Virus record (IMG/VR): IMGVR_UViG_3300037420_000246
Coordinates: 3,642 to 67,641 of that record
Strand: one strand, 5' to 3'
DNA length: 64,000 nt
From: a virus
In this document: piece after piece, positions 26,173 to 34,847 of the stretch
How positions within the stretch are numbered: the first letter of the stretch is position 1
Layout: each line of letters begins with the position of its first letter
Program-made: the position numbers and the translations under genes
The notes under the pieces: model-generated
The model's input: the letters and a program-made list of their open reading frames with translations, nothing else
Database searches by the model: none
What the model was told of the DNA's origin: nothing

Positions 26173-27201
26173 TCAGAATGGTGCATCGTCTTCCGGGTCA
26201 GTTACAGGAGTTTGCTGCTTCGTAGCAGGCTCGACAGAAACTGCACCACCTTGCCCATTAGGATACTTAGCACGAATCTCCTGCAAGTCCTTATCCGACT
26301 CAAGAATCTTCTCTGCAATCTCCTTGGCCTTAGCAATCAGCTCTTTCTCGCCGTCTTCGCCCATGCGCTCCAGAACAGCTTCACGCATCTTGGAGCCCTT
26401 ATACTCCTCTGCCAGAACAATCTTGCGCAGATCAGCAATTCGCACCAGATCAAACTTAGCCACACCACCAAGCTCTTCTTTCACTTCAAGCAGATCGTCG
26501 TCATCAAAATTCACGGACACAGCAGGCATCAGAGCAGGCTCAGGTTTCATGCCTTTCATCAGGGGCACAGGAGACTTGAGTTTGGTGTTGACAAATTTCT
26601 TGTCGTCCTTCTCCGTCACCTTGACATCCAGATTAAACATGAAAGGCTTACCCAGCAGTTGTGCGATGTCGTTAAGCTTAGGATTCTTGTAATCAGGCTT
26701 AAAAATAACATCACTCACCTTCTCACCATTCTCATACTTCACAACGCCAGCAATCTTGTAGAATTGCGAAGTGGATGCAAGAATCCAAGGTCGTCCTTTA
26801 ATGTAAGCATTCGTCTTCGGGTCACGAGGGGCTACAGTGGTGAAGTTGAGGCCATCCGACATACCACGGCTAACAGGGTGCAGAGGCAGACGAATGTTTT
26901 TCACACCAATGTCACCTTCGTAGTCATGCGTCTGGTCCAGCAGGTCAACATAGCAAGCAATCTTCTGTTCTACAGCATTCTCCTTGGGCCACAGAATCTT
27001 GTCTTCACCAGTGTCTTCATCCTTCTCACGATTGCCAGCGTTGTCCTTGGCAAACTTAGGCTGCTTCTTGTGCGAGCCAAGATCAACCAGAAGACCAATC
27101 TGAACAGCTTGCAAACCGTCTTCAGGAATGATTGGGACAAACTCTTTGCGTTCCGCGCTATCCGAATTTACAGCAGGAGCATTAATGTTACGTGGTTTCA
27201 C
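26173..27201 (-). CDS. Putative single-stranded DNA-binding protein (acidic SSB-like C-terminal tip)
   Basis: 342 aa; C-terminus ...TDPEDDAPF resembles SSB D-D-D-I-P-F tip; located between FEN and replication genes. Confidence 0.4.
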   Translation of the reverse strand: MKPRNINAPAVNSDSAERKEFVPIIPEDGLQAVQIGLLVDLGSHKKQPKFAKDNAGNREKDEDTGEDKILWPKENAVEQKIACYVDLLDQTHDYEGDIGVKNIRLPLHPVSRGMSDGLNFTTVAPRDPKTNAYIKGRPWILASTSQFYKIAGVVKYENGEKVSDVIFKPDYKNPKLNDIAQLLGKPFMFNLDVKVTEKDDKKFVNTKLKSPVPLMKGMKPEPALMPAVSVNFDDDDLLEVKEELGGVAKFDLVRIADLRKIVLAEEYKGSKMREAVLERMGEDGEKELIAKAKEIAEKILESDKDLQEIRAKYPNGQGGAVSVEPATKQQTPVTDPEDDAPF

Positions 27202-27274
27202 TTATATTTCCTTTCAATTTAAATTAAATGCGCAGAGCTTGCGCAAGCCTTGCCCATGATCCGCATGAGCTACG

Positions 27275-27709
27275 TTAAACATCAAACTTCAGCGTCTGCT
27301 TAGTATCAGAAATCACCATAAACTTCAGACCAAGCTTCTCAATCATCGGCTTCACAACATCGTTGATGTAAAACCGACCAGCAGCAGTTGTAGAGTTCTC
27401 ATCGTTGAACAGTATAATCTCCTTGCCCGGATTCTGAATTGCCTCCGCAATCTGCTTCATCGCATGCGCAGTGGTTTTCCCCATTCCGCGATTGTTGTCC
27501 ACAATATCTTTCAGCATCTCACGGGTGAATGAGTGTGCTTGGGAGCCGTACAGATGCTCTTGCAACTTATTCAGTTTTGGGAACTCTGAATTCATTGCAT
27601 CCTCAAAAGCTTTACGCAGATGAGCTTGAGTAAACCCTTCAATAGTTACAGTGTAGATAGGAAACCCAACCATCCGTGATTCTTCCTTTTTAACATAGTA
27701 GCCGCTCAA
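27275..27709 (-). CDS. Small P-loop-containing protein (hypothetical)
   Basis: 144 aa; NNRGMGKTTA Walker-A-like segment; too short for a canonical ATPase. Confidence 0.45.
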   Translation of the reverse strand: MSGYYVKKEESRMVGFPIYTVTIEGFTQAHLRKAFEDAMNSEFPKLNKLQEHLYGSQAHSFTREMLKDIVDNNRGMGKTTAHAMKQIAEAIQNPGKEIILFNDENSTTAAGRFYINDVVKPMIEKLGLKFMVISDTKQTLKFDV

Positions 27710-27939
27710 ACATCCTCCTTATTGTCCAGTATCTTCCAAAGCTCCTTCTCCACTTCCTCCAAGCCTTTCTTCCCCATGAGACGGACGATATCAAAATCGT
27801 CTACAAACACAGCCTCAATAAAAATCTCATCGGGCGCTTCAGGCTCATCGAGTGTGGCAGGAAACCCTTCGTAGTATTCAAATTCCACTTCAAGAGGAAT
27901 GCCCTTTACAACAACATTCCGTGTATAACGATTAGCCAT
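27706..27939 (-). CDS. Hypothetical acidic protein
   Basis: 77 aa ORF. Confidence 0.45.
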   Translation of the reverse strand: MANRYTRNVVVKGIPLEVEFEYYEGFPATLDEPEAPDEIFIEAVFVDDFDIVRLMGKKGLEEVEKELWKILDNKEDV

Positions 27940-28042
27940 TCAGCAAATCACTCCAAAAATCTTCCAGTGCATCACAGTACAGGTCGTAGCTCAATTGTAG
28001 CATGTCGATGTATGCTTTCATGTAGTCGGTGATTTCTTTCAT
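27932..28042 (-). CDS. Hypothetical small protein (36 aa)
   Basis: Not in track; overlaps downstream start by 8 nt; MKEITDYMKAYIDML... Confidence 0.25.
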   Translation of the reverse strand: MKEITDYMKAYIDMLQLSYDLYCDALEDFWSDLLNG

Positions 28043-28067
28043 GTTTTAGGCTCCCTCAGTAAAATGT

Positions 28068-28199
28068 TTAATCATTGCCGAAATCCTCAAGAATCTTAAC
28101 TATGAAATCATTCTTCTCATCTTGCCCAAGCTCATCCCACTGGTTGTGCTCGTCAGCCTCTGCATTCCACAAGGTCTTAGCTACTGCTTCAATGTCCAT
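28068..28199 (-). CDS. Hypothetical small acidic protein (43 aa)
   Basis: Not in track; start overlaps upstream stop region; MDIEAVAKTLWNAEADEH... Confidence 0.3.
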   Translation of the reverse strand: MDIEAVAKTLWNAEADEHNQWDELGQDEKNDFIVKILEDFGND

Positions 28200-28596
28200 C
28201 GCCACTCCCCTCCTCAATTTGTAAACGACATTCTACACTATCTTCTAGAGGGCTGTCAAGAATTTTATTTATCCTCCCCTCTAGATAAGCAAGCTCCCGC
28301 ATACTCTTCATAATATTCTTATGATCTTGCGGAAGATGGCCCTTCTCGAAGAGCCAGTTGGCGAGCTTCCACACTTTAGCTTTGTAGTAGTTGTGTTGGC
28401 TATCTTTCTTGACGATGATGCCTTTTGGGAAACTCTCGTCAAATTCTACGAAGTAGGGAAAGCGCAGCACAACATCCCGCTTACGCTCAATGATGGCTAC
28501 AAGGACGGCTTGGGCAAGCTTTGCGTAGTCTTCATCGCTGGCTTGATGAGTGGCATCTACAACGTCCTTGCGAGGCTTCCAGCGCTTAATCTGCAT
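28189..28596 (-). CDS. Hypothetical protein
   Basis: 135 aa ORF. Confidence 0.5.
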   Translation of the reverse strand: MQIKRWKPRKDVVDATHQASDEDYAKLAQAVLVAIIERKRDVVLRFPYFVEFDESFPKGIIVKKDSQHNYYKAKVWKLANWLFEKGHLPQDHKNIMKSMRELAYLEGRINKILDSPLEDSVECRLQIEEGSGDGH

Positions 28597-28753
28597 TCTT
28601 TGCTATCTGTTCTACTAAGGCGGCAATCCTCATGCTGCGTTCACGAGGTAGACGAACAAGTTTTGAAACATCTACAGCGTTTACACGAGAAATGGCCTCC
28701 ACCTCTTCTTTTCGGGCATATCTACTGCGCAGTCTCACTACCTTTAGTTTCAT
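28586..28753 (-). CDS. Hypothetical small basic protein (55 aa)
   Basis: Not in track; ends ...KNAD overlapping ATG of downstream gene. Confidence 0.3.
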   Translation of the reverse strand: MKLKVVRLRSRYARKEEVEAISRVNAVDVSKLVRLPRERSMRIAALVEQIAKNAD

Positions 28754-28765
28754 CAGTCCTCCTTA

Positions 28766-29020
28766 TCAACCAAACCAAGAATGCTGCTCAGTGGTACGCT
28801 CACTACATTTCCCACAACAGGCGCACTCATTCCAATATTCCGTATATGCTCTGTCGTAGTAGCTTCCGTCTACATATTGTTCTCGTGGAATAAGTGTAGT
28901 GTGCGGACATAGATCGTCACGAAGCGCCTTAGCAGCATTAAACGATTCCTTTGCTTTCTTAAACCGCTCGTCAGCTTTTAGGAAAGCCTCTTGAGATTGT
29001 TCGAATGTTTTCTTTGCCAT
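28766..29020 (-). CDS. Hypothetical protein with C-terminal Cys cluster
   Basis: 84 aa; CPH...CACCGKC zinc-binding-like. Confidence 0.45.
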   Translation of the reverse strand: MAKKTFEQSQEAFLKADERFKKAKESFNAAKALRDDLCPHTTLIPREQYVDGSYYDRAYTEYWNECACCGKCSERTTEQHSWFG

Positions 29021-29220
29021 TATTCCTCCTTATCAGAATACGCCTCGGGAATAGTGTGGCCTGCTTCATAGTAAGCCTCTTTGATCCAGTATTCCTCGTC
29101 CGTGCCTCCGTCTGAATACCACTCACAAGCAGTGTTGTAGAAGAATCGCAAGAATGCTAACTCTGCCGCTACTTCATCAATATCTGCTGCTTTGATTTCC
29201 AGTTGTATTGCTGTCATCAT
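29020..29220 (-). CDS. Hypothetical acidic protein
   Basis: 66 aa ORF, ATGA overlaps. Confidence 0.4.
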   Translation of the reverse strand: MMTAIQLEIKAADIDEVAAELAFLRFFYNTACEWYSDGGTDEEYWIKEAYYEAGHTIPEAYSDKEE

Positions 29221-29277
29221 TCCTCCTTAAAGAATTTCTCTGGCACTCGTTGATAAGTACGTCCATTCCATGCAACG

Positions 29278-29460
29278 TCAGCCATATTGCTCCATACTAC
29301 TCCTGTATTTCTCGTCTTCTTCTGCTGCGAACCAGCCGTTGTCCCATGCAGCCCATTCTTCATGTGCGCAGTATGCTCCGTTGTACGGGTTGGCATTTAA
29401 GTCCTTTCCTTCGTTGTATGCGTTGTGGCCCATAAGCCAGATATTAAAGTTGCGTTCCAT
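29278..29460 (-). CDS. Hypothetical protein
   Basis: 60 aa ORF directly downstream of DNA polymerase gene. Confidence 0.4.
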   Translation of the reverse strand: MERNFNIWLMGHNAYNEGKDLNANPYNGAYCAHEEWAAWDNGWFAAEEDEKYRSSMEQYG

Positions 29461-29470
29461 GTGATTTCCT

Positions 29471-31543
29471 TTATGGTTTAATTACCAGTTTCTCTGCTTC
29501 AGCGACGTAGTAGTCATAGTCAATGTCTCCAACAAAATCTTCCACATCATTACAGGGTTTTACAAACCAGTCAGCGTCAATAGAAAGCCTGCGTTCTTCG
29601 CCACCGGCTTCCAACGGAGGCATAATTTTAACAAGTTTACCACCTGACTTACACGGATAGTAACGGCAAATATTCTGCTGCTGGATTTCCGTACCATCCT
29701 CCATTACAAGCACAAGACGGCTGCTGCGTGGCACTTTTGTGCGAAGCATGAAATCAAACTTCTCTGTGTGATTTGTAATAAACTCACGGATATCAACCCC
29801 ATGAAGCATGTGCGCTTCTGCTGCCATTGGAATCACCAGTGACGAATGGTTTTTGTGCCAACCCAAATCCTTGTATTCGTAAGCACCTTTGTTCTTCGTT
29901 TTACCGTCTGTGTATAAGGCAATGTAGTTGTTGACATCCCTGATATACATTTTGTCGTACTCAGCAAACTCTAGTTGCAAACCAACCTGCTTCTGCCAGT
30001 CTTCACAAATCTTGTCGTAATGCTCTCGTGTATTACGTTTGAGGGCGACAGTAACACCATCCGTATTCACCTGAATCAGTTTCAAACCTTCAATCGTCAG
30101 CAGCTTTTCAGCCAGCAGGCAAAGCGACAACTGACCATTGATCGTGATTTTCATGGTGTACATCGGGTCAAAGAACGGGCTGTATTGGTTGTTTGAGTCG
30201 CCATACACACCATTCAGCGCCAGTTTAAGCATCGCGTTCTCAGCCGTTTTCTTGCCATACGATTTGCGTTGTTCGTAAACGTCTTTGTAAATCTCGCAAA
30301 ACTTCTTCGACAAGTGTTCGGGATAGACGTTATTAGCAATTGCAATGTTCGGGTACATTGAGCTAACGTCAGCGTCTACAATCTGATAAGTGCTCGTCTG
30401 CTTCGCAATCTTGCTATTCAAACTACCGTGAATTCCACCAGTACCAAAGTCAAAACGAAACCCATCAACTACAACATTCAAATTTTCCGCTACACGATAA
30501 CACGCCCAATATGAATATTGTGTTTCCCCTTTCTTCTTTGCCTTCAATTCCACCTTGTCAAACCACCCGCAAGGATGTTCACGTTTGAATTGGTCGTATT
30601 CTGCCCTAGTAGGTTCAGCTTTCCATTTCTTCCGCTTCACAACCATTTCAGCGTATTTCGCTACATCGCCAAGTTTGTGTTCTTCAATATCGGAAAACAC
30701 ACCTTTGGTTTCACGAATAACCTGCTTCGAAAGCCAGTCTTTGACAGCAATGAATTCAGGACGTTTGAAATCGTAATACGAGAAAAGACAATCTTTAATA
30801 CGAATACTGTCTCGTTTCGTCTGATTCATCTTACGCTTACCATCTACGATTTTATACACCGGAATCTTGCTCTCTTCCAGTCGCATAATGAAGTAGTCCT
30901 TGCCGATCTTCGTATCATTGTGGTTCATGAAGTCACGACCGTATTTCGCGGTAAGCTGCTCACGAAACTCCACTTGTGTAATGCTGTGTTTGTAGAAGGC
31001 TAACGTCATCTTAACGTCATGAGCATTATACTTAATCAGTGTGTCAATCTGTTCACTGTTTAATTCCATTCCAACAGGAAACGGAAGGTCTTCAATGTTC
31101 TTCTCGCGCATATTGAATTCCAGCATTTTCAAGCTGGTCATCTTCGCTTTGTTATCGAAGTGGTGAACCTTGAACAAATCGATTTGCTTTACATGACGAT
31201 CTTCAGCTTTCACAGTGTTGGCGAACTCACCCTTCATGCTCTCGATCTGTTCTTGTGCAAACTTATACACTCGCTTTGCAATCGTCTCTCCCTTCACAGG
31301 AAGCCTATCACGAATGGCAAGAAGTTTGTGGAGAACAGGATAGTCAAAGTTCAGATTGTTGAAACCAACAAGGAAGTCATCTTCATTTGCAATATAATCT
31401 AGGCAAGCAAAAATCCTGTTTGTTTCATTCTTGCGAGCACTCACCTCAAAAGTGTTGGCGAATTTTCCGTCTTCACGGATAACGCTGAAAGTGAATACGT
31501 TCGGGTAAGTCTCGATGTCAAATACCCATTTCCTATTCCCCAC
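29471..31543 (-). CDS. DNA polymerase, family B, with 3'-5' exonuclease domain
   Basis: Exo I FDIETYPN, Exo III YNAHDVKMT, polymerase motif A DADVSSMYPNIAIANNV (DxxSLYPS), motif B KLALNGVYGDSNN (KxxxNSxYG), motif C VNTDGV (DTD). Confidence 0.85.
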   Translation of the reverse strand: MGNRKWVFDIETYPNVFTFSVIREDGKFANTFEVSARKNETNRIFACLDYIANEDDFLVGFNNLNFDYPVLHKLLAIRDRLPVKGETIAKRVYKFAQEQIESMKGEFANTVKAEDRHVKQIDLFKVHHFDNKAKMTSLKMLEFNMREKNIEDLPFPVGMELNSEQIDTLIKYNAHDVKMTLAFYKHSITQVEFREQLTAKYGRDFMNHNDTKIGKDYFIMRLEESKIPVYKIVDGKRKMNQTKRDSIRIKDCLFSYYDFKRPEFIAVKDWLSKQVIRETKGVFSDIEEHKLGDVAKYAEMVVKRKKWKAEPTRAEYDQFKREHPCGWFDKVELKAKKKGETQYSYWACYRVAENLNVVVDGFRFDFGTGGIHGSLNSKIAKQTSTYQIVDADVSSMYPNIAIANNVYPEHLSKKFCEIYKDVYEQRKSYGKKTAENAMLKLALNGVYGDSNNQYSPFFDPMYTMKITINGQLSLCLLAEKLLTIEGLKLIQVNTDGVTVALKRNTREHYDKICEDWQKQVGLQLEFAEYDKMYIRDVNNYIALYTDGKTKNKGAYEYKDLGWHKNHSSLVIPMAAEAHMLHGVDIREFITNHTEKFDFMLRTKVPRSSRLVLVMEDGTEIQQQNICRYYPCKSGGKLVKIMPPLEAGGEERRLSIDADWFVKPCNDVEDFVGDIDYDYYVAEAEKLVIKP

Positions 31544-31554
31544 AACCCCTCCTG

Positions 31555-31779
31555 TTAAATCATCTCCGAAAGCTTCTTACCAATTTCCCGCAACAAACCT
31601 TCTGCTACAGCCTCTTTAGCATCCTCGTCATTTTCTCGCCAAGCCTCGTCAATAATTTCCTTGCTATGGAAATTAAACTTGCGAATGTAGTAGCATTTGT
31701 ATTCGTCATATTCCTCGCCAACGTACACCAATCCTAACGCCTCTGCAAAATCCCAAGCTGGAATTTTAATGTTTGCCAT
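31555..31779 (-). CDS. Hypothetical protein
   Basis: 74 aa ORF. Confidence 0.45.
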   Translation of the reverse strand: MANIKIPAWDFAEALGLVYVGEEYDEYKCYYIRKFNFHSKEIIDEAWRENDEDAKEAVAEGLLREIGKKLSEMI

Positions 31780-31791
31780 GCTTCCTCCTAT

Positions 31792-32043
31792 TCACTCATA
31801 ATATGAAGCCACCAACACTCTCCGCTTCAGCCGCTTCTTCAACGCAGATTGCAGTTCATGCATCTTCTTAAGCTTGTTTTCAAACTTAAGGATGTACGGA
31901 CTATATAATTTCGCATGCTCCAGCTCGCCCTCTTCATAGCACATTCGGCGATAAAACTTCAATTTTGCAAGCTCTTCAGACAGCCCTTGAATCACTTGAG
32001 CGTTGATGCGCAATTGGCGCTGGATAAGACTGCTAGTTTGCAT
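31792..32043 (-). CDS. Hypothetical basic helical protein
   Basis: 83 aa ORF. Confidence 0.45.
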   Translation of the reverse strand: MQTSSLIQRQLRINAQVIQGLSEELAKLKFYRRMCYEEGELEHAKLYSPYILKFENKLKKMHELQSALKKRLKRRVLVASYYE

Positions 32044-32404
32044 TCTTAATATCCTCCTCAGTAACTACATATTCCCGTACATTCTTAATCCAATAGAACG
32101 AAGGCTTGCAATGCTTCTCAATCCAGCCTTTGAGCATGTTATTCAATTCTTCAAGAGCTTCCTTTCCCACATTAGGGTAATCTTCTGCACATTCCCCAAA
32201 GTTGTCCCAAGTTCGTTCTGATATCATCTCAACAACATCATCAGCATCTACTAGGTGAAGACTGTCCTTATACGCATCCACTTTATCTCCTACATACACA
32301 CTGCTGCCGTAAGAAATATCATCGCCATAATTGTCCAGCAATTCTCCGAGACTATCGTAAGCGAAGTATTCCCCGTCATGGCTCCACACTTGTTCTTGCA
32401 TCAT
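32033..32404 (-). CDS. Hypothetical acidic protein
   Basis: 123 aa ORF. Confidence 0.5.
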   Translation of the reverse strand: MMQEQVWSHDGEYFAYDSLGELLDNYGDDISYGSSVYVGDKVDAYKDSLHLVDADDVVEMISERTWDNFGECAEDYPNVGKEALEELNNMLKGWIEKHCKPSFYWIKNVREYVVTEEDIKNAN

Positions 32405-32859
32405 TGTTGCCCCTCCACAGCCTTCTTAAGCCAATTCTCAAACTCTGTGCTGCAATTCGCGGCCCGAGAGTAATACGAATACTTTTCCCGTTCTTTAAAG
32501 CGGCGCGCGATCATCTCCTCCAACTCCTCCAAAGAACAATGTTCCACATCCCACTGACCTTCTAGTCCATAGCAGGAGCAATGACCACCATGCACTTCAA
32601 AGAATTTCTTTTCTTGTTTATCATACCCGAGGACGTAAGCGTCTCCTGAGTAGTCCTCGTATGTATAATCGCCATAAAGCAGAACAAAGCGTTTATCAAG
32701 AGCCTTGCGGCGTGCTGCAATTTCTTCTTCAGACGGACCGTCGCCACTCCAATAGTATTTGCCCACACCTTCCACTTCAAAACTTGCCCACACATCAAAG
32801 TTGACATCTGGCGTTGCTGCTAGAAGGGCTTTCTTAGTAAGTTTCATTTCTCCACCCAT
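32401..32859 (-). CDS. Hypothetical protein
   Basis: 152 aa ORF. Confidence 0.5.
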   Translation of the reverse strand: MGGEMKLTKKALLAATPDVNFDVWASFEVEGVGKYYWSGDGPSEEEIAARRKALDKRFVLLYGDYTYEDYSGDAYVLGYDKQEKKFFEVHGGHCSCYGLEGQWDVEHCSLEELEEMIARRFKEREKYSYYSRAANCSTEFENWLKKAVEGQQ

Positions 32860-33329
32860 TCTTGTCGTACACTCAGTTCAGCCAACTCGTTCACCCATTC
32901 ATGAGGAATCAACCATCCAGCCTCAACATATCGCAACATTTCTTCCAGCAGGTCTTGCATACGCTCTTTGTCGTGAATGCGTCGTGGTTTCAGACCGAAA
33001 AAGGGGCTACGCTGTTTGACGGGAGGCGTCTCAGGCTGTTTGAAATAATCTTCTGGCTTCATAAAGGTTCCTTGTGGAGTGAGAATGTATTCCTCCGAGT
33101 CATCGTGCTTAAATCCTTCTTCCACATCCTGCTCATTAAGACTAAAACGTACAATGCACCCGTCACCGTATGTTTTAATTCCATAACAATCATCCAAGAA
33201 TTTGTACTCGGACGAATCTGGCACCATTTCGTGCCAGAAGTAGTCAAGTTTATACAGCGCCTCTTGGACTTTCTGTGCAGTGGCAGGGTCTGTGGTGCGG
33301 ATTTTCATGTTCTTAAAATCGTTCATCAT
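32844..33329 (-). CDS. Hypothetical protein
   Basis: 161 aa ORF. Confidence 0.5.
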   Translation of the reverse strand: MMNDFKNMKIRTTDPATAQKVQEALYKLDYFWHEMVPDSSEYKFLDDCYGIKTYGDGCIVRFSLNEQDVEEGFKHDDSEEYILTPQGTFMKPEDYFKQPETPPVKQRSPFFGLKPRRIHDKERMQDLLEEMLRYVEAGWLIPHEWVNELAELSVRQEWVEK

Positions 33330-33344
33330 TCCTCCATAAGATTG

Positions 33345-34604
33345 TTACTGTATTTTACTTGGCAGGTTGTTGTGTGTCAAGGGGTTAGTGTCAACATTGT
33401 TGAATAGCCACTCGTCTACAAAGTCTACTACATCTTGGTACAGTTCTGGGTAGGTAGCTTCGGTCATAAAACCCTCAACCTCTTGCGAAAACCTAGGAAA
33501 AGTGGCTTTTATGGCTTTCTCCACCTCCCATGCTTGCCGACCTGTCATCTGGAAAATCTCCGTCTTACCCAATCTAAAGCCAGCCCTCCTAAGATTTCTA
33601 TCGTGATCCGTCAAGCGCCTGTCCGGTGCATTTGAAATCCCGTACCCTGTAAAACCGTGCCTGCCTTCTACGAGCAAGATGTACAAGTGCCCATCTTTGT
33701 TTGTATCAAACCCACCCTTAGCACAACTGGGACACCCACTGCAATTGTAGAGGAAAGCGTCAGCCCGAGCCAGCCAGTTGCCATGCTCCTCGCAGTGCAT
33801 CACGCATCTGCTGTCAAAACCTGAATACTCCCCATCCCAATCTACAAACTTGTACTTCAAGCCTCGTTCTGCAATCGTCTTTGTTATTAGATGTTGCCTT
33901 TGTTCGGGCGTCCATCTAAAGTGTGGTCCACACCGACACGATTTTGCCCCTCGCTTTAATGACTCTACGTGCTGCTCAAAAACTCCTGTGCAAACGCCTG
34001 CCTTCACAAAATCATCATTGCTGCACACGGAGCATGTAACATTCCAATAATTTCTTTTCTTTCCAGACCCTCGTAGACTTCTAGAGAAGGTAGTCCCTTC
34101 AGGGTACAACCCGGCCTCTAAAAACATAATAATCATGTCGTCATCAGATTTTCTGTAGCGATCCCCAGTAACCTTTGCTGCACAACTTGGACAGCCAACA
34201 TCCAACAAAAAGTTTGTTACAGTGGTTGAAGCCCAGCAAAACTGACAAGTCTGACACTCCAACTTCAGCTTAGTGGCAACCCCTTTGTATTCCTCTGCGT
34301 ACCCTATAAGTCTATACCCTTTGTCTTCTGCTGATCTTTGGACCTTCACCAACGTCTGTTTTTCTGTCAACCTTGCAAACTTAGAACATCCGCAAGGTTC
34401 AATGTTACGATCAATTATCGATTTTGGAGTTAGATAAATTCCATCACCGAACATTTCAGGGTCTTCACTACAAGTGTGGCACTTCACTTTGTAAATCCGA
34501 TCTTTCTTACCCCGGCGGTAGCCATCAAATGCTAGTATTTCTAACTGACCGTCCTTGCCATAACGTTTTCCTATAAATTTTGTATCATCAAATGGAGGAC
34601 TCAA
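33345..34604 (-). CDS. Homing-endonuclease-like protein: zinc-ribbon repeats + T5orf172/GIY-YIG-like domain (paralogue of 2931..4301)
   Basis: Repeated GCPSCA / GCSGCPSCA Cys modules; C-terminal GHLYILLVEGRHGFTGYGIS motif; same architecture as the + strand gene at 2931. Confidence 0.6.
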   Translation of the reverse strand: MSPPFDDTKFIGKRYGKDGQLEILAFDGYRRGKKDRIYKVKCHTCSEDPEMFGDGIYLTPKSIIDRNIEPCGCSKFARLTEKQTLVKVQRSAEDKGYRLIGYAEEYKGVATKLKLECQTCQFCWASTTVTNFLLDVGCPSCAAKVTGDRYRKSDDDMIIMFLEAGLYPEGTTFSRSLRGSGKKRNYWNVTCSVCSNDDFVKAGVCTGVFEQHVESLKRGAKSCRCGPHFRWTPEQRQHLITKTIAERGLKYKFVDWDGEYSGFDSRCVMHCEEHGNWLARADAFLYNCSGCPSCAKGGFDTNKDGHLYILLVEGRHGFTGYGISNAPDRRLTDHDRNLRRAGFRLGKTEIFQMTGRQAWEVEKAIKATFPRFSQEVEGFMTEATYPELYQDVVDFVDEWLFNNVDTNPLTHNNLPSKIQ

Positions 34605-34786
34605 ATTTCCTCCATCTCTTTAAGAATTTTACGCTGCTTCGCAAGGAGGCGTGCCTTCTTGATCTTTGCAACAATCTCTGCATTATCTTTTTTCTTATAA
34701 TACATTATTTGTTGCGTAATCGCGGCTACAGTGCTGGCGGCTACGTGGTCTGCAAGCTCTTCTACTGTGCAGGTTTTGTAATTCAT
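34601..34786 (-). CDS. Hypothetical small protein
   Basis: 61 aa; strong SD GAGGAG; first gene after an internal minus-strand promoter. Confidence 0.45.
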   Translation of the reverse strand: MNYKTCTVEELADHVAASTVAAITQQIMYYKKKDNAEIVAKIKKARLLAKQRKILKEMEEI

Positions 34787-34809
34787 AAATTCTCCTCGGT
34801 TAAAAGGAG

Positions 34810-34839
34810 ATTATAACATATTTATTGATTCTTGTCAAG
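34810..34839 (-). promoter_or_regulatory. Sigma70-like promoter (minus strand): -35 TTGACA, 18-nt spacer, -10 TATAAT
   Basis: Plus-strand ATTATA at 34810-34815 and TGTCAA at 34834-34839, between primase-helicase stop and the 61-aa gene. Confidence 0.5.
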
Positions 34840-34847
34840 TTTTAAGA

